Shown piece after piece: positions 14,331 through 27,300 of a stretch of 64,000 nt of DNA (position 1 is its first letter; each line of letters starts with the position of its first letter). Position numbers and translations under genes: made by a program. The DNA is from Balanoglossus misakiensis (lineage: Eukaryota > Animalia > Hemichordata). The DNA lies in assembly GCA_040954595.2 (NCBI GenBank), contig CM082591.2, positions 11,053,309 through 11,117,308 of the forward strand, read 5' to 3'. Below the pieces are notes generated by a model. That model had not been told where the DNA came from. It worked only from the letters and a program-made list of their open reading frames with translations, and ran no database searches.

Positions 14331-15439
14331 GGGGGTTTAATATTCATTAAACAAAATTAGCTACATTTTGAGTACAAGTTTTCGCACACAAGTGATTATT
14401 TTGATCCCGGGGGATAGTCAGCAGTATGCGTCTACATCACCCGTTTCCTGTGCGTCAATATTAACACTGATTAAGATTTCCGCGTCAAGTGAGGATTTTT
14501 GGCGTCAAATACGCATCCTTTTTGCGTAAACAGGACCTCTGCCAACCAGACTTTATTTGATTCTTTAATTAGGATCTTTATGTAATGTCATTTATTTGAT
14601 CCTATTTCATTTATTATTTAATATGTGTAATATTAGGTGCAGTGTCATGATGAGTTTGGAAGACAAACTTGTCTTTCAGAGTTCAATTTAGTGATCATAG
14701 TTATTAAATTTGCAGACTTGATTTTCCCATGAATTAAAGATGTAGCAGACAAAAGCAAGATGATGTCAAGATTTGTTGAAAAAAATCTGGCGTCTAATTG
14801 AAATTTGTCACCCTTGTAACTGCAAACCTGTGAATCTTGTATTAAGTATGTGTAACATTGGTAGGTAAATTAGTCCAATAATTGGTTATATAGAATAAGT
14901 CCTGCCCATTTTTTGTAAGATGTATAATTTTAATTTTCTGTGTTTGCAGAATTTGATGACATTTAAAAGTTAGGGTAGTAACTACAAAGCTTAGTTTATG
15001 ATAATCCCCAGAATAGAGGTGGTAATTATTATTTAATATGGCGGTACTAGGGGATAAGTTCTTTTTTCTTCATATTGTGTGAATAGTATGAACTTTGGAT
15101 GTTGATGAGGGTTTTATTTTGGTAATAATAGTTTTAATAGTTTTTCGGCATAAATAACTTTATTGGAGCAATGCAGAAAACACAACAATGGTGAGAATGT
15201 AGAGTAATTATTTATTGTAAGTAGAAAATATTTATAGTAACCAATTCCATTTTATGGGCACTATTATTATTTTGTCATTAGTTGCAGATATCACGAAACT
15301 GAAGATGGAATATGTCCTAACAGTCCAGAAGCCGACAGAAAACGCCCACCCAGAAATTATAGATACTGCAATTATCATACCAGGTAATTGTGGTCAGAAC
15401 GAAATATTCTGCTTTACTCAAATATGGACATAGAATTTA

Positions 15440-18400
15440 CACATAAACCTTCTGTCACGAACTATGTTTCTCTGTGAAATGTTTTTAAATGAAAACATTG
15501 AGATCCAATACAGCAAATGAAATTGAAAGCTTACAGGTATTGGATGAAATCAATAAGTGAAACATTAGATTCTTGGTTGTACCAATGATTGCTATGTCTA
15601 ATGAATAAATGCAGAAGTAAAGTTATATACATGTCTGGTAAAACAATATTTAAAATAGAAGTGTATTATTTTTTATTGATTGCACAGGGGAAGGAACTGA
15701 AGATGATGTCCGCCAGCTGAGATCCTGCTGAGATGCCTGTGCTTCAATGATGCCATGGATGAGAATGCAAGCCCTCCACAGATGCCTGGATGGCATTTCA
15801 GAAAGTAAGATTCACCTTCTAAAGGTACAAAATGCATTATATTGTGGAACACTATTTCAAAACATGGCTATGTTTCTGTGCAAAATGTATTCAAATAAAG
15901 ACATTGAGATCCAATACAGCCAATGAAATAGAAAGCATACAGAGTTTTGCTGCAATCTATGAGTGAAGCATTCGATTCTTGGTTGTGCCAATCATTCCTT
16001 TGTCTAAGGAATATAATGCAGAAGTAAACGTATTTATACATCTCATAAATCAGTAATTATTATAGAAATGTACTGGTATTAGTTTTCATTGATTGCACAG
16101 GTCAGAGAACTGAAGATGATGTCCACCAGCTAAGATCCTGCTGAGATGCCTGTACCTAAATGATGCCATGGATGAGAATGCAAGTCCACTACAGATGTCT
16201 GGATGTCATTTCAGAAAGTAAGATGCACGTTTAGGTCGAGAATGCATTATATTGTTGAAAACTATTTCCAAACATGGCTATGTTTCTGTACAGGTTACAG
16301 GTATTGGATGCTGTCTATTAGTGTAAAGCATTCAATTCTTGATTGTACCAATTATGATGGCCATGTCCAATGAATGCATTCAGAAGTAAAGTTATTTAAA
16401 TGTGTCGTAACACAATATTTAAAATAGAAATATATCAGTTTTCATTGATTGCAGAGGACAAGGAACTGAAGATGGGATCCACCAGCTGGGATCCTGCAGA
16501 GATGCCTGTGCCTCAATGATACCTGGATGCCATTTCAGAAAGTAAGATGCACCTTCTGAAGGTACAAAATGCTTTACATTGTGGAAAATTATTGTGAAAC
16601 AGGGCTGTGTTTCTGTACGAAATGTGCTCAAATGAAAACATGGAGATCTAATACAGGCAATGAAATGGAAAGCTTACAGGTTTTGGATGCAATCTGTGAG
16701 TGAAGCTTTTGATTCTTGGTTGTACCAATGATTGCAATGTCTAAGGAATATAATGCATAATAAACTTATATATATAGATACCGGTATATATCACGTAAAA
16801 CAGTAATTAATATAGAAATGTATTAGTTTTCATTGATTGCAGAGGACAAGGAATTGAAGATGATGTCCACCAGCTGAGATCCTGCTGAGATGCTTGTGCC
16901 ATGGATGAGAATGCAAGCCCATAACAGGTGCCTGGATGCCATTTCAGAAAGTAAGATGCACCTTCTAAAGGTAGAGAATGCATTATATTGTGGAAAACTA
17001 TTTCAAAACATGGCTTTGTTTCTGTACGAAATGAGTGGAAATAAAAACATTGAGATAAAATACTGTCAATGAAATGGAAAGATTACAGGTATTAGATGCA
17101 ATCAAAAAGTGAAACACTCTATTCCTGGTTTTGCCAATTATAATCATTGCTATGCCTGAGGAATATAATGCAGAAGTAAACTTATTTACATGTCTCGTAA
17201 AACAATAATTAAAATGGTATTGTATCAGTTTTCATTGATTGCACAGGTCAGAGAACTGAAGATGATGTCGACCAGCTAAGATCCTGCTTAGATGCCTGTA
17301 CCTCAATGATGCCAATGGATGAGAATGCAAGCCCTCCAAAGATGCCTGGATGCCATTTCGGAAAGTAAGATTCACCTTCTCAAGGTATAACATGCATTAT
17401 ATTGTGGAAAACTATTGTGGAACATGGCTATGTTTTTGTTTGAAATGTAAGCAAATAAAGACATGGAGATCCAATATAGCCAATGAAATGGAAAGCTTAC
17501 AGGTAATGTATGCAATCCATGAGTGAATCATTTGATTCGAGGTTTTACCAATTATTGCTATGTCTAATAAATAAATGCAGAAGTAAACTTATTTTCATAT
17601 CTCGTAACACAATTTTTAAAATAGAAATGTATCAGTTTACATTGATTGCACAGGTCAGAGAACTGAAGATGATGTTCAACTGCTGAGATCCTGCTGAGAT
17701 GCCTGTGCTTCAATGATGCCATGGATGAGAATGCAAGCCCTCCACAGATGTCTGGATGCCATTTCAGAAAGTAAGATGCACCTTCTAAAGGTAGAGAATG
17801 TATTACATTTTATAAACATGGCTATTTTTCTGTAGAAAATGCGTTGAAATAGAGACATTGAGATCCAATACAGGCACTGAAATAGAAAGCTTGGAGCATT
17901 CCATTCTTGGTTGTACCAATTACAATTGCCATGTCTAATGAATAAATGCAGTTGTACCAATTACAATTGCCATGTCTAATGAATAAATGCAGTTGTACCA
18001 ATTGCAATTGCCACGTCTAATGAATAAATGCAGTTGTACCAATTACAATTGCCACGTCTAATGAATAAATGCAGAAGTAAAGTTATTAACATGTCTCGTA
18101 ACAAATCATTTAAAATAGAAATGTATTATTTTTTATTGATTGAAGAGGACAAGGAACTGAAGATGATGTCCACCAACTGCGATCCTGCAGAGATGCCTGT
18201 ACCTCAATGATACCATGGATGAGAATGCAAGTCCACTACAGATGTCTGGATGCCATTTCAGAAAGTAAGATGCACCTACTAAAGGTATACATTACATTGT
18301 GGAAAACTATTTCAAAACAGGGCTATATTTCTGTACATAATGTGTGGAAATAAAGACATTGAAATCCAATACAGCCAATGAAATTTAAGCATACAGGGAT

Positions 18401-19130
18401 TGGATGCAATCTATGAGTGGAGCATTCAGTTCTTTTTTGTACCAATTATGATTGCCATGTCTAATGAATAAACGCAGAAGTAAAGTTATTTATATGTCTG
18501 GTAACACAATATTTAAAATGGAAATTAAAATTAATTTTTATTTATTTCACTGGACAAGGAACTTGAGATGATGTCCACCAGCTGAGATCCTGCAAAGATG
18601 CCTGTGCCTGAATGATGCCATGGATGAGAATGCAAGCCCATAACAGGTGCCTGGATGCCATTTCAGAAAGTAAGATTCACATTCTCAAGGTACAAAATGC
18701 ATTATATTGTGGAAAACTATTGTGGAACATGGCTATGTTTCTGTATGAAATGTAAGCAAATAAAGACATGGAGATCCAATATAGCCAATGAAATGGAAAG
18801 CTTACAGGTATTAATCCTATCCATGAGTGAATCATTTGATTCGAGGTTTTACCAATTATTGTTATTTATAATAAATAAATGCAGAAGTAAACTTATTTTC
18901 ATATCTTGTAACACAATATTTAAAATAGAAATGTATCAGTTTACATTGATTGCACAGGTCAAGGAACTGAAGATGATGTCCTACTGCTGAGATCCTGCTG
19001 AGATGCCTCTATGCTTCAATGATGCCATGGATGAGAATGCCCTCCAAAGATGCCTGGATGCCATTTCGGAAAGTAAGATTCACCTTCTCAAGGTACAAAA
19101 TGCTTTACATTGTGGAAAATTATTTTTTGC
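15440..19130 (+). repeat. Diverged ~400-bp tandem repeat, about 9 copies
   Basis: Anchor aactgaagatgatgtc recurs near 15695, 16109, 16464, 16853, 17254, 17661, 18155, 18559 and 18965. One copy has an internal ~41-bp amplification at 17911-18070. Confidence 0.9.
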
Positions 19131-20656
19131 TAGTTTTCCAATTCTTAATTTTCAATTACTTACAAACACACAACACTTTGATAAATATTGTTTCATATGG
19201 ACTCCCTTCTTGTTGCCCACAAAATAAATGCTTTTTTCAAAGTTGATATTCAAATGAGATAAAAAAGTCCCTGTTGAGAGTGTGTTAAAATAGATAGTTA
19301 TATCCCATTATTATGATTAAACCTCTATCATCAGTTTTCTCCAGCATATTTCAGTATGGATGATGCAATCTGGTCTATTGATAATTTGATAATTCACTAT
19401 TCGAAGAAGGCAAAGAAACTGTAAAGTACAGAACCTATCATAAGAAAATTTTCTAAAAGTAGCCCCAAATTAGCTATCTTTCCTCTGAGTCACTTTTTGC
19501 CCAAGTCCTTGAGTGGTGTTTTTACCATAATAAATGTGAGAGTTTTGACAATAAGGTAAGTTTAAGGATGAGATCAATTCAGCTGGAACACTGAGAGCTA
19601 AAGAGGAGCAACTCACAGAAGCCATCAATTTCTTTATTGGGATGGAGCAGACATGGACACATTTTTGTTTCTGCTGTGTGAAAGTTAACGACTCTTTGTT
19701 GCTGTGACAAATCAATACAAGGTAAGAGTAATGTCCTCTTTCTGTTTATAGGGGAGGAGAGGATACATGCGTGAATTCAAAGACCAGTGCATCAGATGCA
19801 GGGGGAAATTCCTCAGACAAGATGATTTTATATTCGTGGACTTAAACCAACATTGTTTTATTTCATCATCATTTCAAGAAAAGAACTTCTCCCATGTCTT
19901 AGAATAGAGCATTGATAAATCCCTAAGTTATATGATCTGTATTCAAAATGTAATATTGTGATTTTTCTGTATGTAATTGTGTCAGACAGAGAGGAGAGGG
20001 AGAACAGGTTCAAATTAAATTGCAATGTGTATATTTTGGCATGGCAACACTTCTTCAAATTTGATAGCAAAAAAGGAAATTTACTAACAACAATAGTCCT
20101 AAATTATCACTGTGATTTGTTTAGCCTAGCCTGAAGGCTGTTGGATCCTATAGACAAAATAACCATTGCGCATAACTAAGCTGCACGTAAACTAACACGA
20201 AATGCACTGGATACAGCAGCCTTCAGGTCATTACCACTTAGCTTTTCAGCGCGTAAATAAACCCACTAATATAGCAGTTAATATAACTGAGCTAAATGGT
20301 ATACAAAAAGAGAATACAGCATAATTCCTGTATTGGTACAGATCTTCAACCAGTTACGTGAGGAAAGCAAACATGCCCAATAAAGAGCAAACCACCATTG
20401 CATATTATTAATGTTTGACTTTGATAAACTGTATTTGGCATATGCTTGACTTGCCTAAACCACCATTGTATATTGTTTGACTTGGCTCTCCCTCTCTTTA
20501 TACATAGACTAGATTTCTATTGTTACATTATTGTAATTGATTTAGGCATAATTTACTAGTATTGTGCATTTTGAAAGTACAATGTAGAAGTATTATAGGT
20601 TTATGATGGCCATGTTTTCGTGATTTATATTGAAGTATGAACTATATCATACACAG

Positions 20657-21222
20657 TATGGGGTGAGAACACCGCCAAAAATAGCTGATGTCTTTATTTG
20701 GTAGTTTTCTCATCATTATTATGCTATTATGTCATTATTTGGCCATTACCTTGGCCATTATTATGCCGTTATTTGGTTCTTTGGCCGTTATTATGTCATT
20801 TTTCAGTACTGATGTCTTTATTTGGAAGTTTTCTCATCATCATTATGCTATTATGTCATTATTTGGCCATTATTTGGTTCTTTGGTATTTATGTCGTGGT
20901 CTCGACATTACCTCGACCATTACCTCGGCCATTATTTGGTTCGCTCGACATTACCTCGGTCATTATTATGCCGTTATTTGGTTCTTTGGCCGTTATTATG
21001 TCATTTTTCAGTACTGATGTCTTTATTTGGAAGTTTTCTCATCATCATTATGCTATTATGTCATTATTTGGCCATTATTTGGTTCTTTGGTATTTATGTC
21101 GTGGTCTCGACATTACCTCGACCATTACCTCGGCCATTATTTGGTTCGCTCGACATTATCTGACCTACTTTATTATTTGAACTCTTGCCCGGTACCCAGA
21201 ATTCATTGCACAAAATGGCGAC
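20657..21222 (+). repeat. Left terminal inverted repeat (566 bp) with an internal 205-bp duplication and short iterons
   Basis: Reverse complement of 34366-34931, with identical 160/113/109-aa mirror ORFs. Internal period is 205 bp (20822 vs 21027). Built from ccattatttgg, cattacctcg and ttattatg motifs. Confidence 0.96.
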
Positions 21223-21229
21223 GGTATGA
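21211..21229 (+). promoter_or_regulatory. CAAAATGGCG (YY1/Kozak-like) motif and 4-codon uORF MATV* at the inner end of the left TIR
   Basis: caaaATGGCGACGGTATGA has its ATG at 21215, 93 nt upstream of the ligase ATG at 21308. Confidence 0.55.
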
Positions 21230-21307
21230 AAGTTTCGCAGGCCGTGGCCGACGACAGTCTTGGAAACAGCACGCGTGGTGGGTAAACAGTGAAGGCTGAA
21301 ATGAACT

Positions 21308-24300
21308 ATGGCAGACAATAGACTCGTAGAAGCGGTTAGGGCCTGTCGGGATGCGATAAATAGTGCGGCCACACTCCTTGAGAATGTTAATACGCATCGT
21401 GATAGCGCCCATAATGTGGCAACTGTTGACAACAACAGCAGTGTTGGTCAAGCTGAGCTAAACATCGATCGACCACCAAGAAGCAGAAGCAGTGATATTG
21501 TTCGTGAATTCCACGACAATTTTGCCAGAAATGCCGTAACCGGAGCGGGACGTCGGCGGAGCCATCGTCCGAGATTTAGATCTCGCAGCGAGCAGCGAGT
21601 AGATAGTAGTAGTAATAATAGAGGCAGATCCACAGTATCACCAACTTGGACTCGTGTATGGGTGTGCGTGGAGAGTACCAAGTGTGAGTGGTGTCCAACT
21701 CCGAAGCAGCGGTCCGATTTGTCCAAAGTTGGACTAGGTGAGCGGAGAATTTCGATACCTATTGGTAGTACAGCTACCGAGGTTCATGACTTGCTCCTTG
21801 ACGAATATCCAAAATTGAGCGAAGGTGGTGGCTATGAGATATGTCGTGCATACTTAGGAAGCAGACGATTAGTTGTAATACCTTGTCCACCCGAGGGGTA
21901 CACACAAATGTGTTTAAACACTGAGGCTGGGCAAGCTAAGCTGTATATACGCCCTTTACAAAACGACCTCGAAGGAACACCAGTAATGCCAATTACTACA
22001 CCATCAGATATGGCCAGTACAATTTCGGTGAGTATTTTGTGTTTCTTTTCATGGCTATACTAATATGCTATGCATGCCATAAACCTGCAGCAGTTGCTGG
22101 GACTCCAATAAGGTTTCTTTGATGTCATTTTTACAACTTAATGTAAAAGTTTGCTTGTAAATTTTGAGACCACCTATTATTGCAGATACCAGTGTTGTAA
22201 CACATGTTTATACATGTTGTTACATAGTTACATCTGGTAATCAACACCGTGATAAGATCTCACTAATTACACAGAGGCAACTGACAGGCAGGCATGTGTC
22301 TGGAGTTTGTTGTAGTGTTTATTACTAGTAGTTTTGTCTTTGAGAACATACAGCTAGTAGGCAATATTTGAAACAAGTTCAGAACATTTAGGAACAAATT
22401 ACCTAACCTAAACTACAAACCTAACAATATCTGGAACAATCTCATCGTCAAATATTAGGTTGTTTTCACTGTAAAGTTTTTTCATTTTGCAAAAGTTATA
22501 ATGTAAACAATTTCTCTGCTATTTTAAATGTTGAAATGGTTTTGTTTGAAATGCACTTAATTATATTTTATAGGCTATAAATAATGCTCCCAGGGAAATG
22601 TGCAGTAAGTGTAATGTACAGATTCCATTTTCCCAGCTAAGGGACCATATTGATGCATGCAGAGGACTTGAGGTGGTAGAACTAGAAGATGATGAGGATA
22701 GTGACAGGTAGGCATATTTAATATACACATTTTAAAAGAGAAAGGATGGTGTAAATTATGAAGAGTCCATCGATATATGTATATTGAAAGACATTTACAA
22801 GTGTCTTTTCAATTAATTTGTAATTTGCATATGTTTTTTTGCAATTAGAGTTATATATCAAATCAGTCTCAAATTTGACGACACCTACTACAGATGTTGA
22901 TCATACAAAGCTATGATGGCGCTGTAGGACGTCTGGCAGTGTCTATTCATGTGGTTGTACCAAATTTAAGGAAACTTACTTGTCCAAGCGAAGCAAAGGA
23001 ATCTGGCGTCTTTACACCATGGATAGGGGTCAACCCCTGTTTGGACACAATTTGTACTCAGAACCTACCAATCATGGGTCGAGCAAAACATCCGCTACAA
23101 ATTATAAATTTTACAATAAAATGTTGAAGGTTATTGTAGATTACTAGTAATAGTTTGATAAATTACAATCATTGACATTTCAGAGATCTGATTCCAGTTC
23201 AAATAAGCAGTCCTGAAAGAACTACACACAGAGCAAGGCAATCAAGTACCAGAGCAAGGCAATCAAGTACACTGAGAGGGTTAGTTTTCCACCTTTATTT
23301 TTGGTAAAGCTTGTTCGATTGAAAATGTAATATCAGTGGAATAAAATCAGGAAATAAGTTTTAATAACAGTTGCTTTTAGCAATTATGGAATTGGGCAAA
23401 ATCCATATGCATGTAATGTGTGCATGTGTATTACTTTTTACAAATAACTGATCTGTTATGAATCAGCTGAATAAGTTACTATGTAGTCACCTATTGAATT
23501 ATCAATGTGCAGAGGACATTTTGTAGCTAATCTTGTTACATGAATTCAGCTCCAAGAAAGCTTACGGTTTTTGTTAAATCTTGCAGGATTTTCACTTTAT
23601 TTTACTGCAGTCACTCATTTAGAAGAGGTAGATAATACTTTCTTTACAATTGAGAAGTGACAGAAATAACAGACCATCAGTTTGTGACTGTTTCTCAACT
23701 ACATGTACTCAACATGCAGACAGCCAGAGAATTTCTTAGTTCTCACTTGTTTGATATTGTGGAATCCTGGATGAATTTCCTTGAGGCACGATACTCTGTC
23801 CTGTAAAAACTTGCTAACTTCGCCTTCCATTACTGGTGGAGACTTCTTTGCCCATAGGGAAAATAACACCAGGTTGTACATCAATAATGACAGTGTTTCA
23901 TCCAGGTCGGCATCACCAGGGGGGGATTGCCCCCCTTTGCCAGAATATTTGAGGGGATTCTACTCCGGTAAGGGGGGACTTCAACAAATTCTTTTGAAAA
24001 AGAATATACTGTTGTCTATCTCCAAGGTGTGACTGACATCATTTCATGATAGGTTGGCTGCCCCTTGGCAAATTGCTAGGGGGTGCCAACAGAGGGGGAA
24101 TTGCCCCATTGCCCTGTCTAGCTGAAACACTTTTTTGAGCACCTTGTGGCATAGACTGTTGTGTCTGTGTGTGTGTGTGTGTGTCCGCGTGTACATCCAT
24201 CTGAAAGAGGGTAAAACCAAAGTTTTTAACTACATGATTTTAACCACATTTCTTGGTTTTAACTCTAAAATCTAGCGTAAGTTCTCTTTTAAAATTTGGA

Positions 24301-27300
24301 CCAGGTGTCCATTTAAGTCTTACTTTGATTTATTCTAGAAATCATTCTGGTCAAAACCAAGACTTGACTTCTGCAAGACATTGCAATATGAACACTAGAA
24401 GTGCTAATTCACTGATGATAGCTCTTGACAGGTCAGTATTTCTAAATCAGTACTGTAGTCAGTGTAGATTATTTGCAAAGATAGACAATACAATAACTGT
24501 ATTCTGTCTTTTTCTATTCTCTCTTTATCTCCATTGTAGACTTTGTCATACCAGAGCTATTCATATTACTGATTATACATTGGTGTCAACATTATATGTT
24601 CGACTTCTTGCAGGCAAGGTATATTGGGTGGTTCTCTATCGAGGGTAACTGATCCATACAGTATGAGAGCGATAACTTATAGCGCAGCTCCAATAGAAAT
24701 ACTCTATACAGAGACTGGGATTTATTGTATCCTGGATCATTAGATAAGTTATTTTAACCAAAGACACACCTGCCATTTATGTAAGTGTATGTAAATTATG
24801 CAAATATAGTTACCATAATGGTAAGTGAGTGACATTCCATTGTCCTACCTTTGATAATGTAACTTTTACGTTACTTCCAATATGATAGGAGTTATTCACA
24901 GATATTGGATAGTACTGGTAGTGTTGATAGTCAAGAAGAAAATGAAGAAGAAACCATAGAAGCTAACAATGCTCCACTGTACCCAAGGTATGACATTTGC
25001 ACGTGTGTACTCGCTTCCTCTGTGATGCTTTGTCATTCTTTTTTTTTTCACATAATAAGTCCATTTACTTTACTTCATTCAAATACTGATTAATATTGTT
25101 GGCTTTTAAGTAGTTGTGAGATTTAGCCATTTTACCACATTCAAAACTATGTGAACTTACCAGATTCAAAGTTTTTGTTTTGTTTTAATTGTCATGTTCA
25201 GCTTATTTGCTGGCAGGTCGAGAAAGTACACAAGGTCTGTCAAAATCTTGTTAAACACATAAAACAACAACCCAGACCTCCTATCACAGCGGTGAAAATT
25301 CTATAAGCACTTCAAATTCTTGATATATTAATCTAATACTTGCAAATAAAAAGGACATAAGCTGAATTTGTTGCAAAGTTTTTCATACTTTTTAGTCTCC
25401 ATCAGATGAAACTGTGACATACAGATTAGGTTTTGTGTGCGTACATGCTTTGACTGCAGAACGTTTTCTTAGACGTGGCTGTACAGAATTTGGCTCATGG
25501 ACAGTGTAACATGTCATTCATATGTGTGGCATTTTACTTGCAATCTGATCCAAGATGGTTGACTAGTCACCAGTTTAATTTTGTAATGTCCAGAGCAATT
25601 CAATTTTTTTGGGAGATATGATCCAATATTGCTTCCACTCAGGCATTTTGCTCGTGTTTTTGTATGTGCAGAGCAAATATCCAGACATGCTCCTATGCTG
25701 ATTGTTTCAAATATGGTACAAAGGTATTGCATTATTTTGTATATGATTTTTGTGTGCAATGAGATCAAATATAGGAAACAGTCAGCCAGTTTGTGTGATT
25801 GTTTGTTTTTATTTTTGTTCGTTCAAAGGACAAAGCACCATGACTGAATATTACAATGACACCAGAGGGTCAGTCTTTACAAATCTCAACAATTGAAAAA
25901 CAGAAAATGGAAAAAATTGCAACTCATTGCACTCTAAATTATAAAAAATTGGATAAACCATTGCAGATTGAATCACTATAATCTTGTTGTCTTTTTGATT
26001 GTCATATAGATGTAGTCTGGAGTATGCTGTCCAAGTACTAAATCACCAGGTGGAACAAATGCATTTGGATTACAACAAAGGAATTGGTAGTGATTATGAT
26101 GATGATGATTATCAACGCATTAACATTTTAAGGTCGAATTTTTGGCAAACAGCTGTAAGGGCCATAAATCGATCTGATTTCCACCCAAACAAGCCGATGA
26201 AAGTGTCATTTATTGGTGAAAGTGCGGTTGATGATGGGGGACCAAGAAGGGAATTTTGCAGTTTATTGATTAATGCTGTAAAAACATCTGGTGTTCTTGA
26301 AGGCAAGGAAAACAACCTAAGCTTTTCCCATGATTTGCACTATCTGGCTGAAAGAAGGTATTTCACCGCAGGCAAGATGGTTGCTATATCTCTTTGCCAT
26401 GGTGGTCCAGGACTACACTGCCTGAGCCAAGCAACATTCCAATACATGGCAAAAGGCTGTGTTGCAGAAATGAAAGACGTTGATGAAATTCCTGGTTATG
26501 AGATACAGCTGATAGCGAAGCAGGTGAGATTTTTGGCTCGCATATGCCATATGCATATATGGCAATAGGCTTGAATAAATGCCTGTCTGCATGTATGTAT
26601 GTATGTATGTAAAATGTGTGTGTGTGTGTGTGTGTGTGTGTATTTCAACTGTCCAAAAATTGTGAAAACTAAAAAAAACCCTCTGAAAATGCTGACCAGA
26701 TTGCCTTTGTATATAGTTTCTATGTACCTTAGACAAAATCTATGAAGATTTGTTCATATTGTGTCGACATCTGTATTTTTTTATTTATTTGAATATTTTT
26801 CTGACTTCTGGGCAAAAATGATACTTAAACTATTAGTATTACTGTGCAATCCTGCTTGCCATTTTGTTAAGAGTTAGCATGAAGGCAAAGACCTATGAAT
26901 TTACATATGCGCATGCCTTTCCTTGGTGATTGTTGTCAGAGTGACTGGATTTTGGGTCATTTTGGTCAAAAATTGTATTTTAAGTATTACTGAGATATGG
27001 TATAGGCAGTTTTGTTGGAGACACCTTTCAGTGACATACATGTGTAATACCTTTGCATTTGCAATATTCATTCTCAAAGGAAAAGGATTTTTTTTGGTAT
27101 TTGTTTACGTTGATACTGCCTCCACTGCATAGGTATTGAGATATTCTTCAACATGGTTGACAATTTTGTTTATTAAGGTAAACTCTGTGTAAATAAAGTA
27201 CTTTAATTATAACCCTGTATCCTATTTATACAGATCCAGTCCAGTAACACAAATGAGGACCTCAGAATTGCTGTATCTCGTATTGGCGAAGAAAGTGTTG

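Noticed and set aside
20130-20227. Short inverted repeat cctgaaggctg...cagccttcagg
   Set aside because: Only ~19-bp imperfect arms and no TSD. Probably a MITE relic, too weak to call.
20688-21180. Hydrophobic 109-160-aa ORFs, mirrored at 34408-34900
   Set aside because: They lie within the repetitive TIRs, have non-ATG starts, and are artefacts of the iterons.
22849-22915. Possible extra ligase exon after tgcaattag
   Set aside because: Phase-compatible frames hit stop codons and there is no good donor site.
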